Below are positions 14,826 to 27,409 of a DNA stretch of 64,000 nt, piece by piece; the first letter of the stretch is position 1; each line of letters begins with the position of its first letter. The stretch comes from Diadema antillarum (taxonomy: Eukaryota). The notes under the pieces were generated by a model. It was given only the letters and a program-made list of their open reading frames with translations, did not search any database and had not been told where the DNA came from. Location of the stretch: the NCBI RefSeq assembly GCF_040938485.1, contig NW_027271136.1, positions 1 to 64,000 of the forward strand, written 5' to 3'. Both the position numbers and the translations under genes were made by a program.

Positions 14826-15285
14826 TCATTCTTCCAAGGAGCTTATGTTTTTGTTTGTGTTGGTTTGTTTGTCTGTCTCTTTGCAAAATGATTCAAAAAA
14901 TTGTGAATGAATTCAGATGACACTTACAGAAAAAGTTGATAATGACACAAGAAAGAGATGACTAAATTTTGGTAAGTGATCCAGATACCTGTCTGGGTCC
15001 AAGATACTTTTTTTGATATTTTTTGAAGGATTATTATTGGCAAATAGGGCCAACAAACAAGGGAGTTTAAGCTGCGCATATTTGAGGGGTGCATATACAC
15101 TGTATATGCACATTGAGCATGCGCTTGAGGTGCAGCATGCAGTAAGCTGCTGATAAGATAGACTATGAGACACAACTTTTTACATGCAGAAATGTATCTT
15201 TATCGTAAAAGTGATTTTCAGCATGCATGTATGGGTGGATATGAGTTGCTTGGTGGAGGTCTGCTCCCTCCGAGTGCTCTTCAAG
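14826..15285 (+). mobile_element. Degenerate Helentron-type non-autonomous element (HINE), family A
   Basis: Similar along its length to 42047..42527: CCAAGG-AG-TTATGTTTT start, GTTT/GTCT microsatellite, and CTTGGTGGAGGTCTGC...GAGTGCT...AGTT end. Confidence 0.6.
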
Positions 15286-15603
15286 TTCCCATTGTTATCT
15301 TTATCAATATCCATATCAATATCATTGTCATTATCATCGTGCTCATTATCCCAATTTCTGGTGTTTACATTGATATGATAATTTCCTTTTCAGTGCCAAC
15401 ATTCAAGACGTATTCCTCACCAAAGTCGAGGTTTCCATCACAATGAATGACACACACCCTCAGTAGATGGTTTGAGTGTCAAGATGACAGTGAGACTGAT
15501 GGTTAATGTCTGACTGTCGTAGTTTAAACTAGCATTAGAAATAAGAATTGGGGCTCCTCAAACTGCAATTTTCAGAAGATTAAGTCTTGTAGTATTTTTC
15601 TGT

Positions 15604-16165
15604 TGTGGCTTGTTGTTTAAAACCACATACAGTTCGACCTCGATTATCCGGCCTCCTTTTATCCGGAAATCTCTATTATCCCGATGCGTTCAAGCAGGGA
15701 AGGACTTTTTTTTTCATCCAAAAATTGAAAAAAAAACAGTGACTTTAACATCTTGTCATGGATCTATTTCACGAATTTCATAAGATGATAGGTTTATCAA
15801 TATCTAATGAGGTAAAACATGTATGATTTTCACATAAAGATGTACTTTATTTTTGTGAAGAAGGGACTACAATTTTGCGCAGGCTAGCATAGATTACACC
15901 ACTGTTGCGGGGTACGCTACCTGCCTAGCTGCCAGTGCACTGGCACGGCAGCTTGGACGGCAGCTATATACATTAACATTGTGTCTCCCATATCCGGCCA
16001 ATTCGCTTATCCGGATGAGCGCTGGTCCCGACATGGCCGGATCATCGAGGTCGAACTGTACTTTTAATCATAAGGTTCCTGGTTCAAGTCCCCTGGCTGC
16101 AGTGGTTTTGCCCCTAGGCGAGGCACTTTATCCTTGTTGCCTAGTCCTTCTGAGGGGGGTAACGA
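15604..16165 (+). mobile_element. tRNA-derived SINE interrupted by the 429-bp MITE
   Basis: Degenerate A-box (GTGGCTTGTTGTTTAA) left of the MITE. B-box GGTTCAAGTCC at 16081-16091. SINE-core-like GCCCCTAGGCGAGGCACTTTATCC downstream. Boundaries approximate. Confidence 0.6.
15630..16058. mobile_element. Non-autonomous pogo/Tigger-like MITE, 429 bp
   Basis: 22-bp TIRs CAGTTCGACCTCGAT(T/G)ATCCGG with 1 mismatch. TA target duplication at 15628-29 and 16059-60. Subterminal TTATCCGG repeats. Confidence 0.88.
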
Positions 16166-18598
16166 CCTGACAGCATTGGGATTCATGGGTGGCATGATTC
16201 ATTCGCTGCCTACCGGAATACATTCAAAAACCATGAATATCGCAGGTCAGCGAATATGAATATTGAAGCCTACGCTCATCGGTAACGGTTGACTCCAGCC
16301 AAGAATTTTCGGCTGTGTGTGTACCTGCATCTGGACATCAGTAGTGATAAAGCTATGCACAATTCATTACAAGGATTCTCGAATATATCTGAGCCAGACC
16401 AGCCTTCCCACACCATGCTGCCGAGTCTCTAAAGCTGTGAGTCTCATTGTTGCTTACTTATAAGCATTTCTTTCCTCTTACACATTATGCAGCAGCCACA
16501 TAAGTCTGGTCATCATTCAAAACATAGTTCATCCGTTCTTTCCTGTGGTTTTGGTTTTATGTATGCACATGTGACAACTCCTACTGGCACTCTTATCCAT
16601 GACGTTGCAGTTTGTCTACAATGCTAGAAAATTGTTTCATCTCAAGAATGTCCTATTTCTGTGGGGTTAATGAGGGGATTGAAATTCACATTACAGGACA
16701 AGTATACTTTGAAACTGGTGTCAGAAATGCCATTGTCTTACTCTCTATGTGATATACACTTTAGAAATATTGTATACTGATGTTATGGTGGTGAGTTTAG
16801 TCACTTACTTTTTCTTTTCTTTTCTTTTTAGCCTTGGTGTGTCATTATTCAGCAATGAAGGGAAGCTTTCATAATGTAGCTGATGATAAAGAATAGAATC
16901 GTTGATTTTGTGGTGTATATGTACTTTAGTCGCTGAGAAAGTTCATAGTGGAAGATTTACAGAGTCTGCTTATACATGGATATTGTGACAATGAATTGAG
17001 TCCACCGTTATCATTAGCTATACTGTCATTGTATCATCAAAGTCAAGAAAACTAAACAAAGTTTTTACTTGATGTGGAAGCCTACCTTATTGGGAGGAAT
17101 CTTGCCAGGGATTAGGCTTGCCAGATTGTAGATATGAAATTCTTGGCAAACTAAATAAAGTCAGACTTTTCTGCTCATCACAAGGACGCACCCATGCTGC
17201 CTGCATCATCACAGCCTGGCGAGAAAAAGTGCAAGTTTGGGCCATGATGCTTTGGAGAGTGTCTCTTAGGAGCCAAATGTGTGGCAAGCACATCGCTAGC
17301 GGAACAGTTCAATGTGGGTTAATGCCCTAAATGGGGTGACCAACCTAGTTTTTAACTGGCTCTTCTGTGAATGTCCCCACCACTGTCTTATCTTGTATGG
17401 AAAGCATTGGGTTCTGCCTGAGTAGCTGCCCTGCCCTGCCCTGCCCTGCCCTGATTCTTCCAATCTTTCTTTCTTTCTTTTTCCTAGAAGCCTTTGCAGT
17501 CAATTTACAGGACAATCCTATCTGTCACCAGCGGATGAATAACTGTAGGAAGTGCCTTGAGAGGAGGCTAAGTCACATCCCAGCAGACGTGGGGAGCCAT
17601 TCAGTGCTTTCCCCCCTTATTTATCTCTTTTCCGACATTTGCATCCCGACAAAGAAACAGGAACAGAATTAAGAAGGGGGTTGTTCTCTCTTGAGCATCG
17701 TAACAGATTAGCCAGATTAGTCACACTTCTGCTGCAGCTCTGCCCCTTTCCGCCAGCTCTCTGGGTTTCGCAGAAAGAAACCACCACCTCAGAATAAGCG
17801 ACAGAAAACGTAAGCACTCTTTAAATGCATCTCCTCAGCATGGAAAGGATTGCTCACTGGCTTATTTTAGAGAAACCCGATCCTCAAAATAATTCCCTCC
17901 ATGAAAACATGGGTGGATGTTACTCCTAATAAGCACCGATCGTCAGAAACCAGGATAGCGTGATCATTCAGGAAAGCAAAAATTGAAATAGACTTTAGAG
18001 GCAGAAGGTCACTTAAGTGCATCAGTCACAGAGATACTTGCATTACCTTGTGGCATGCATGACTAATGCTTTTTAGTGATGATTAAAGTGCAGTGTAGTA
18101 CCTGCATATTATAATAAGCAAAGTCAAATAGTACCCCTGGATTGATGTAATAATCCGAATACTGATAACTGTTTGCTATTTACAATAGATTACTGTGTAG
18201 TGATTTGAGTTTGAAAGGCTGCTCAAACTGGATTAAATTTATGATATGGCAACAAATAGCTCAAAAGTGTGTAGCTATTGCAGCATTTGCTGCTTTTGGC
18301 CTAGCAGCTTTGTATTGCATCACCGTGGAGACTCCTGGGTAAAAAACCTTTGAAGGCAAAGTCCCAACATCAAATTGTCTTGTCTTACGAAGAGATGGCT
18401 TTATATCAAGTAAAGATAAAGCTCATTTGATTGAGGAACAAACAAACAAATAAACAATGAATGATACATTTAATTCATGGACGTAACTGAAGTATATATC
18501 ATGAGACACATGAACAAATATGTGTCAGGAGAATGAACTCCACAGAAGAAGTTTGAGTAAAAGTTCTGAAGTAAAAGGAACAGGTCAAATTATATTTG

Positions 18599-19464
18599 TT
18601 ATCCCTGCCAAGAAGGTTATGTTTTTGCTGGTGTTTGTTTACTTGTTTGTTTGTTTGTTAATGTTATCTGATAATGATTTCACTGAAAAGGTTATTGCAA
18701 AATCTTTATGAAACTTTCAGGTCCACTGTGATGAGAGAAACAAATATTTATTGATTTTTTTTATTTATCTTCTTTTTTTTTTTGGTGGTGATCTGGATCA
18801 TAGTCCAGGTCCAGAATTGTCTAAAGGGCTTTTTACACTTGTAATTTTTTGCTTAGTCCCATACCAACGATGGGGCTAAGGGGGGGGGGGGGGGGGGGGG
18901 CCTTAGCCCCACCGTTGGTACGGGACTATCCTTAGCCCACTTTCTGTTTACACTCGTTTTTGCCAAAGTGGGCTAGCCCCACTGATAGTCCAGTACTATC
19001 TGGCCCTGCAAAATAGCAGGGTTAGCACCGCAATTGCGGTGCCAAGCAAGTGAGTGTAAACAGAACGAAAAAATAATCCTGGGCTAAGCGAAGGAGACGA
19101 AGTCCGACCCCCACTGACCAATCAGAAACGAGGTAACCAAGTGCTGCCGGTGCGTGCGTGTACGTGTACAGTGCACAGCGTAATCATGAATATTCATGTG
19201 GTTTGGAAAGTACTGGACTAAGAAATACGAGTGTAAAAAGGTCAATTTTCTCCTTAGCCCCGGACTACAGCTTAGTACGGGACTAATTGGCGAGTGTAAA
19301 AAGCTGAAAAAATTGGTACGGGACTAACGATAGTCCTGGGTCATAGAAAGTCTGGGGTTAAGAAACACAAGTGTAAAAAGGGCTTAAAAGGATGCTTGCT
19401 CAGTTTTATGGTGTCTAGTGACCCTGTAACCTTGGCGAGACTTGTTCTCTGTGCATGCTTCTAG
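18599..19464 (+). mobile_element. Degenerate HINE family A copy containing a nested Harbinger MITE
   Basis: 5' CCTGCCAAGAAGGTTATGTTTT followed by (GTTT)n. 3' CTTGGCGAG...TGCTTCTAG|TT at 19461-64. Interrupted at 18825..19384. Confidence 0.55.
18825..19384 (+). mobile_element. PIF/Harbinger-type MITE, 560-bp family, copy 1 (strand is arbitrary relative orientation)
   Basis: TIRs AG(G/C)(G/C)CTTTTTACACTTGT with a 3-bp TAA duplication (18822-24, 19385-87). Internal TTTACAC and TTAGTCCC/TTAGCCCC repeats. Homologous to 44085..44654 and 46728..47291. Confidence 0.88.
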
Positions 19465-20586
19465 TTTGAAATCAGACAAATACTGTCGGCAGTTGTGGCC
19501 GTGTAATCATGAGAGTTATCATCAAACGTGGTGGGATATCATGTGAGAAAATGTCCAAATACTGTTTTGGTCACGTGACCATTATGCTGTTTGCAGATGA
19601 CTCTTCATTTGATTTATGCACAGAATGTTACTAATTCTGTAGAAATGGAAACTCTTGTGGGTTACATTTCCACAACCAGGCCAATTTCAGTGCTCTATGT
19701 TTTTTTAAATGATTTTGTGGATGCGAGTACTTCTCAAAGAGGTTATATAAACATGAATAGGCACTGGAGTTCTACACGTGTAACTCGCCATAGGCCCTGT
19801 ACAATTGTTCTGTGATGGAGTGAGTCGCTGGTGTAGGCTTGCCCAGTATGGCAGACAACGTTCCTTTGCCAGCATTCTGGTAGCCAAGGAGAAGCCAAAG
19901 CAAGGAGTGTGGACTCGCATAAAAGTTCAAAAGTTCATGTACACCCTGTATAAATTTTCTGTTAGCAAAGTGGGGCACTTCTACGTCTCCTTGTGATCAC
20001 AGAAATGTTATAAAGCTCGCCCTCTATAGACAGTGAGTATTATAAAACTTCTGTGGCACTTCTGCACTTGTTTTGATATTTCCCAAAGTACTTCACACGT
20101 TCTTAGATTCTTGCTAGTTCAGTGAAACACAAAATTCACAAAAACATTCCACATTCACAGCACAAATTTAAGTACTACAATACCCCTTGCACTATGAAAT
20201 CAAGAATGATACTTTAAGTCTACACATATTCTTCTCAGAAATCCTTGTAATTCAAGCATGCTATTCAAAAGAAAACAGAGTTTAAAGAGAAAGTGACCTT
20301 TTTTAGAGGTAAATTTTCTGCCTCGCAGAGCAAAACATGAGTAGTTGATTTTGACACGAGCTAGTCTGCTGGTAAATGTACTTTCATGTCATTTTCAGAT
20401 TAAATTTCTTGGAAACTGTGAAGGTTTTGTCAACAGTGGCTGCTTCCATTTAATAACTCTAATCATCACCCAACCCATGTTGAGCTGGGGAAGACCAACG
20501 CACAGTGTTCAATGAAAATGGTGGTGCATTTCGTGATGAAATTGCTTGTCACTGACTATACATGTTTTTTGCAGCAATGATAATGA

Positions 20587-20624
<38 letters not shown>
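20587..20624. repeat. (ACT)n microsatellite
   Basis: Direct reading. Confidence 0.95.
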
Positions 20625-23600
20625 ATGATAATAATAATAATTTATAATGAGTACAGCATCTGTAATGTGCCATCGATCTAGTGGCCTATTCTGAGGCGCA
20701 GAGGGACATATAAAGAGAATAACATACATTGTATAGTTGTACTTATGAAAGATGAAGAACAAGGAAGAGATAGAAATATATACATATCCGGTAAACAATT
20801 CAACAAATGTATTCAACCAAAACAAGATGCGAACATATATCACTTCAGATGCTTTTTAATTGTTTCAGTGGTTTCTGCTGATTGGATCCTCAGTGGAGGA
20901 GCATTCCAGAGAGATGGGGCTGCAGAAATAAAAAGCTTTTTTCTCCTCGAGTCAAGATTGTTCTTTTAACTGTTCATTATTTATGATTACATGAGCGGAG
21001 ACTTCTGCCAGGGACATATTCTGAAACAAGGTTTTGCAAATATTTTGGAGCTGAAGAATGTACTACTTTTCATGTATGAAGCAGAATTTTAAACTCTATC
21101 CTTTTGGATACTGGTAACCAGTGAAGATTTTTAAGAACTGGGGTAATGCTGGAGAAGCGAGACGTTCCACTGAGGGCCCAAGCAGCAGAGTTCTGAGCAC
21201 GCTGTAGTTTGGCCAGTTGCAGTTCCATGTGCCAAATCTATAGGATTTGCCTGATACTAATACTGTGTGCCCATCATTGTGTCCCCCATCTTTGTCGCAT
21301 TATTAATGAAACATAGCTCCATAACCTATTACTGTGTTTGTGATGATATTCATAGCAGCTGATAACAGTAGTATTTGAAAAAAAAACCTTGTTGCTTCAA
21401 GCAATTGAGTTCAACAATTATTACAAACAACCTTGGTAAAATTCTTAAATAGAGTACAATGTTTATGATTGGAGTGATGGAGATAGTACTCCTGCTGCTA
21501 CTACTACTAAGACGAAGATGACGACAACCGTTACTCCTACAATTTTCCCCCTAGTATTTATTCAACTCAGATTTCATTCAGTGGTATGGAACTCATACTA
21601 CCATGCCCTACCTACTTCCATACGAGTATTTTTTTCTTTCTCTCACTGGTAATTTACCTGAGAAACTCTATGAGAAAGTTGTATGAAGTGATAGTGGGGG
21701 AAGACTTGCAGGGAGGATCAGCAAAATTTCTGAAGATGAGTGAAATTTCAGGTTTATTTGATCGCATACATACTTATCAGTGTAGATGTCACTGAGTTAC
21801 TAGTGGACATCCTACGTGAATAGACCTATCCCCCTCCCCCCATATTTTTCTGGAGGATTTTTTTTTTTCAGGAAAAGCTTGATAAAGGTCATATTCCAGA
21901 TAAATCTTGAGCTCAGAAATGAAGAATACTGTATACCCTTTTAGAAAATCTTAAATTGAGTACATATTATTAAGCTCAAGATGATTAGAGGAAAAGGATG
22001 CTGACAATATCACAGTAGTGTGATTGAAATGACTCATGTCAGGATCAGATTTCCAGCGGATGCCACTGTGGATGTTGAATTGGCATTCAAACAGTTATAA
22101 CTGATTTCACATTTGTCCAGAGGAGCTCACATTTTCCCTTGATCTGTTGCCCATTTCACATGGTATAAATCATTAAACAATTGATGCATTTCGCATCAGG
22201 ATGACCTTCCTTACTTAACCTATTACTCAGGGAACCTGGTATCTACCAGGTTCTTGTGGTGTCATCTCATATTCGGGAACAGGAGCAGTCAAGCCTGAGC
22301 TCACTAGATTTTGACTTTCGCTGACCCTATTCTAGAGCCGTCGTAGCGTATATCAAATTGGAGCCTAGTACACGCTCTATTCATATCTCACTTCCGACCG
22401 ATATTTTGCATTGTTTGATGACACATGCAGTTGACGGTGGAAAGGTGATACTTTCTGCTTGACTGCTTTCACACAGCTAGGTGGATTACCAACCTGTCTG
22501 TTCTTTGTTGAGGGACAAAAAGAATCTCGTTTGGGGATGTCGATGGCTCTCGGAGAATTTGCGGGAGGAATGGGTTAAGGTATCTTCCCTTTGCTTTCAC
22601 ACATACCCCGAGTGCTTAATTTGAATGCTGAATTACAAACACGATTGCAATTACGATTCAAATCATTGTTCATTCACATGACCGAGGAAGGCTTCATCCG
22701 TTCTGAATGGAATTTCAGAGCGAAGAGGGGAGGTTTGGCTTCCCATCAAACTCTTGAGCCATAAGTAGCATGCAATTTGACTGCAGTGCGGGCATTTGAG
22801 GAGCGCGGCCTTTCTGTGGAAGTGGTTGAATGGTCACCATAAGCTCCACCCCAAAAAACATGATTGGAGGTCAGTTACATTCACATGGTGATTTCGCTGC
22901 TGAAATCTGGCGAAATTTGATTGGAAAACACCTCCGGACCGTCATTTAAAACACAATTGGAATTAAGATTCAAATTGTCCTCTACGGTTCCAATTTGCAT
23001 TCACATGGGAAAAAAACTTTATTTGAAACATGATTGTAGTGATGCATCATTATAATCGCATTTCAAATTGAACACTCTTGTTCATGTAAAAGCTAGGTTC
23101 TTCTTGTTTTTTAAGGGCATCGAGTTAAAGGGACTGTACAGTACTGGTTGAGGTGGGGATTCATGTTTTGAACATTCCTAAGTGAGATAATGAAAAGCTT
23201 CTTATAAAATATGAAAGAGCATGTAATTTTAAGAAGGATTCAACATTTATAGGATAAAAATTGGTTTTCAAATGGCTGAGATATCCAAAAAAGTGCTAAT
23301 AATAAAAGGCGACATGCCACAACTTTATTTAGATCCCTTTGTTTCACCTTGTTTTTGGATATCTCAGTCATTTCAAAACCGATTTTCATCGAATAAACTT
23401 TTGATACCCCTTAGAACTGAATGCTCTTTGACATCTCATAGAGTGGTTTCTGAATATCTCGCAAAATGTTAAAAGCTAAATCCTCACCTCGACCAGAACT
23501 GTACACACCCTTTAATTTGGTCATAAGAGAGAGTCTGCCCCCAAACAATTAGAAGAGGTCTTCGGCTTTAGGCCCAGTTGTTCCACGCTAAACCAATGTT

Positions 23601-23830
23601 GTGTGATAATGTCGTATCCCCTGTCTCCCGAGGTCATAGTAGTCTGTCCCTCAGGTAGGACATGAAATGGACGACCACGTATCAGAGTCACACTTGGCTA
23701 CTCCGCCTCCCACACCCCCACTCCTCCCCCCAGCAGGATGCTATCCTGATGAATTCTGGCTAATTAAGAAATAATACTGGCCCCATATGGTTTTCCCCGT
23801 GACCAGCAACACTGTGTATAGATGATACTA

Positions 23831-24043
23831 CTGTAAAATGAGGAATGTTCGTGCGCATTTCAATTTCGCGAATTTCGCGTTCGCGAGCGGCAACATTCAC
23901 GAAATAAAAATGCACGCGACAGTTCTTGCCTACACAATATGCATTGGATGCCTGTGGCAAGTCACGAAAATTTCATGCTGCAAGAAAGGCTGTCGGCTTC
24001 AATTCGCAAAATTTTCATGCTGCGAATATATCGTGTTTTACAG
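23831..24043. mobile_element. Short TA-flanked MITE (CTGTAAAA...TTTTACAG)
   Basis: TA|CTGTAAAA at the left and TTTTACAG|TA at the right, with internal TTCGCG/CGCGAA repeats. Related degenerate copies at about 26043..26133 and 50852..51021. Confidence 0.65.
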
Positions 24044-27000
24044 TATCCCGCTATTAATTTTTCACGCTGGGCAAACATCAGTAACCAGTGCTGGTAAATG
24101 GTTTAGCAGATGATGATATTTTATATATATATATAAAAAATTCCTTCTACAATAAAAATTATGTTCAGTCAAATGCACAATTCAGGAAAATTTACCCACT
24201 TCAAATAACTGAATTCATGTTTACAGTAGTCACAGAGTGGTATCAACCACACACATAGAGCCATAAAAAATAAAACTTGCTTTAAGCTCATAATTTCACT
24301 TGCAAAGGGCTTTGTTATAGACCCCAGAATTACATAAACAAGAGCTGTTACTTGTGAGGGGAATTCTACTCCCTGTTTAAGTTTTCAATGCACTTTTGAA
24401 AACTATCAAAGAATAGCACAGATAGTTGTTGCACTTGTTACTTAGCCCTTCTTTAAATGAAAAATGTCATCATCAGTCAAAGGTTGGGAGTTTTTTTTTT
24501 ATTGCAAGAAGTAACCTTTTGTTGTTTTTGTTTTGTCTTCTGGATGCTTGGAGGTGGTCTGTAAGTTGCGTATGAATGATCTGTAGCAGCGTTGTCCCTT
24601 AAATAACTGCCCCTCTCCCAGCATGTCCCATCAATTGACCTACTTAAGTGATGGGCGCACCACTTCTGTGCCTCTCTGCGGGCATTCTAGGCGGACGAGA
24701 TCTGTTCGGTGATCCCACGCCTTTGCAGGCGGCGGCGCTTTACACGGAGTGACAGCGACTCGCTTGAATCATGCATCACATTCAACAGGAGGCGATTACC
24801 CCCAGTGGTTTCTGAGCCGAAATTAATTGAGCGGTGGGGGACTCGGTTTGTTTCGATGGCTCTTTCAAATTAAGCAGCTTTCTTTTGGGCTAAAGGATTT
24901 TCTTGTGCACCCCCCCCCCTTTCCCAAATGAAACTTGAATTTCTGTCAAGATGTATCCAGGCCCTCAGAGCTTACGTGTTATCAGTGTAATGGGGACAGG
25001 TCTCTCAGGGATGATTTCTTTATGAGTACCGTGCACTACCGCTTCATGCCACTAAAATCCAGGGGCGGCAACAGCTATTAAAAAGAGATGAAGGCAGGAT
25101 CTTAAAGAGGACCATAAGTGGAAGTACAAACACTGTGAAGCTTAACATTGCAGGATGGAGAAAACATGGATTTTTACATTCTTGTAGTTTTATTGAAGGC
25201 TTCCCTCTCCCGTACGCTGTATACCCCTTTTGTAAGTGTCACACAATTTTGCATGGTTGAAGAATGGTGTCTCCCAATATCGAGTACAAAAATTTGATAG
25301 TAATACTCCTCAGAGTTTAAAAAAAAGAGGATAAAACTACATGTAGCCCTACATCATTTGAGAATACACTCTCCTTTTGTGCCAAGAATAACAGTTGGAA
25401 TTTTCAGGAACTGAATAAATTCACTTGAAATGTACAGTTTGGCTTCCCCCTCCATCGTAAGGAAGATTCCATTTTTATTATTCTGAATAAAAGTCTGAAT
25501 CACCTACCTCTGCAAATACATCGGCATATGAAAGGAATCTTATTTCAACAGCTACAAAAGGGACACACAAACTTTAATCTACTGTCCAGGAGATGTTTTT
25601 GCAGGAAGAATTGTACAGCATCTTCTACCACATTGAATTGTGCATCATTTCCACTTCCTGCCCAGCCTCAAGGATGTGGCAAAGATGTGGTAAAAGGATG
25701 TAAGTCCCACCAAAGCCATCAATTATCAATAAAAACAGCATGTATACATTTTCTAAGGAACAAGGATGTGTGTTTGTGTGTGTGTGTGTTTTGTGCGTAC
25801 CCACTTCCACATTTGTAAAAGAGATTTAGGGCAACACACATTGCCTGTTGGTAATGAGCTCTAATCACAGTACCCTTCATAGCTAGTGAGGGACTTTTAA
25901 TATCACACCTTCCATGTTGCCTGGAAATGTACGTTGTTGCCACCTACAATGTATCTTGTTTCATGGGAATATGTAACACATTACATTCCTTTTATTCTCT
26001 TTGAGTAAGTTTGATTGTGTTTAAACGTCTACCGATCACTTTGTACTGTTTAGGCTGTTATTTTCGCAAGGGTTTCATTTTCATGAATTTTGCGAATCAC
26101 GGTCGGATCGCGAATTTAAAAACTTATACAGTACGATGTCACTGTGTTTATGTGATACAAGTCAACTTGAACGTGATGTGGCATGGGAGAATGAACCTCC
26201 GCTACGTAAAGTCTGTTATGTTCATTAGCACATTTACAATCTTAATTTGATGTACAGCTCATAGAAAATGGTTACCTCTAGGTCCTTGTAATAGCCGCAA
26301 CATCAGCTCAACAGGAAAGCTTTGCAGGCAACAAGGGAGCTGTCATTCATTTGCCTCCCTCGTAGGCCTGATGAGATTGTGATGTCAGCAGCTGAAAAAA
26401 ATAACAGCTCTATAGGCATCCAGTGAGCATGACTTGAGCTGCGTGGTATTCGTGTTAAATGAGGGTAATCGCCACGTGTATGGGTGCAGAAATATCGAAT
26501 CCTAGCGGCAGAGGTTTGTTTTATATGATGCTAGACCCGAGAAAAGACAAGAGATATGTGTGAATTGGCTCGCACTGTTGAAATTCACAAAGTTTTGTTT
26601 GATACATTCAGATGTCCCAATTCATGTGTAGATGTTTCTTAAAAGTGCAGAGCACATTGCTGAATGGATTTTGGTGTTAGTGTAGTTGCTGTCAGACCCA
26701 GATCTCATCAAATGTAGTAAACACATGTGGAGGGACTGTTTAGATTGTCATGCCAGTTGTTACTGTTATTCATACATTTCTACATGAAAGGCCTATCTTC
26801 TTAGTTCTTTTACTCATTTATTTGTTACCTGTGGTCAAATACATCACACTGCCATGCGGTGCATATAATGTCATAGCAAAGTCCTTAGTGAGTGAAAGCA
26901 ATGGCTGAATCACTGTGGAAAGCTGAGATTGGTGGCTTTAATATCATAAATCCTTCTGAAACTTTGCTTTAATCTTTCCAGTACTTATGAGATTACTGGG

Positions 27001-27170
27001 CTCATTAGATCTCACTGTATTTTGGGGCAAGTTTTCCTTCAAGTCGTACATGTCCATTTATTGCTATCATTTAGCCACTGCGTACATCCATGCAACTTAA
27101 ATTTTGTCATACCTCAATAAAATTGCTTCAAACTTGTGGCAGTGTGGATAGCATCCGGGTCACCTCTTGT

Positions 27171-27409
27171 AATATGTTTCATAAAATGAGCTATAGAATC
27201 TCTGCAGTCTGATTGGTCAATTATCATGGATTGATTTTTACTGATCCACTCTGAGCCATGCGTCCGGTAAAATCTGAATGCATGGCCATGCGTCCAGTAA
27301 CATTCAAACGTATGGTTCAAGCCTTGCATAGTGTTGTAGGTGTACCAGATGCATGAAGGGGAAAAAAAGTTGAATTTCATGAATTTATGGGCCCATTTTG
27401 TAAAAACAA
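27171..27409. mobile_element. Small imperfect-TIR non-autonomous element, family unassigned
   Basis: ATATGTTTCATAAAATGAGCT at the left resembles the reverse complement of GGCCCATTTTGTAAAAACAAAT at the right. Internal direct repeat GCCATGCGTCC(G/A)GTAA. Confidence 0.4.

Noticed and set aside
15604-16091. Functional tRNA gene
   Set aside because: No intact cloverleaf, interrupted by a MITE, and followed by SINE body sequence.
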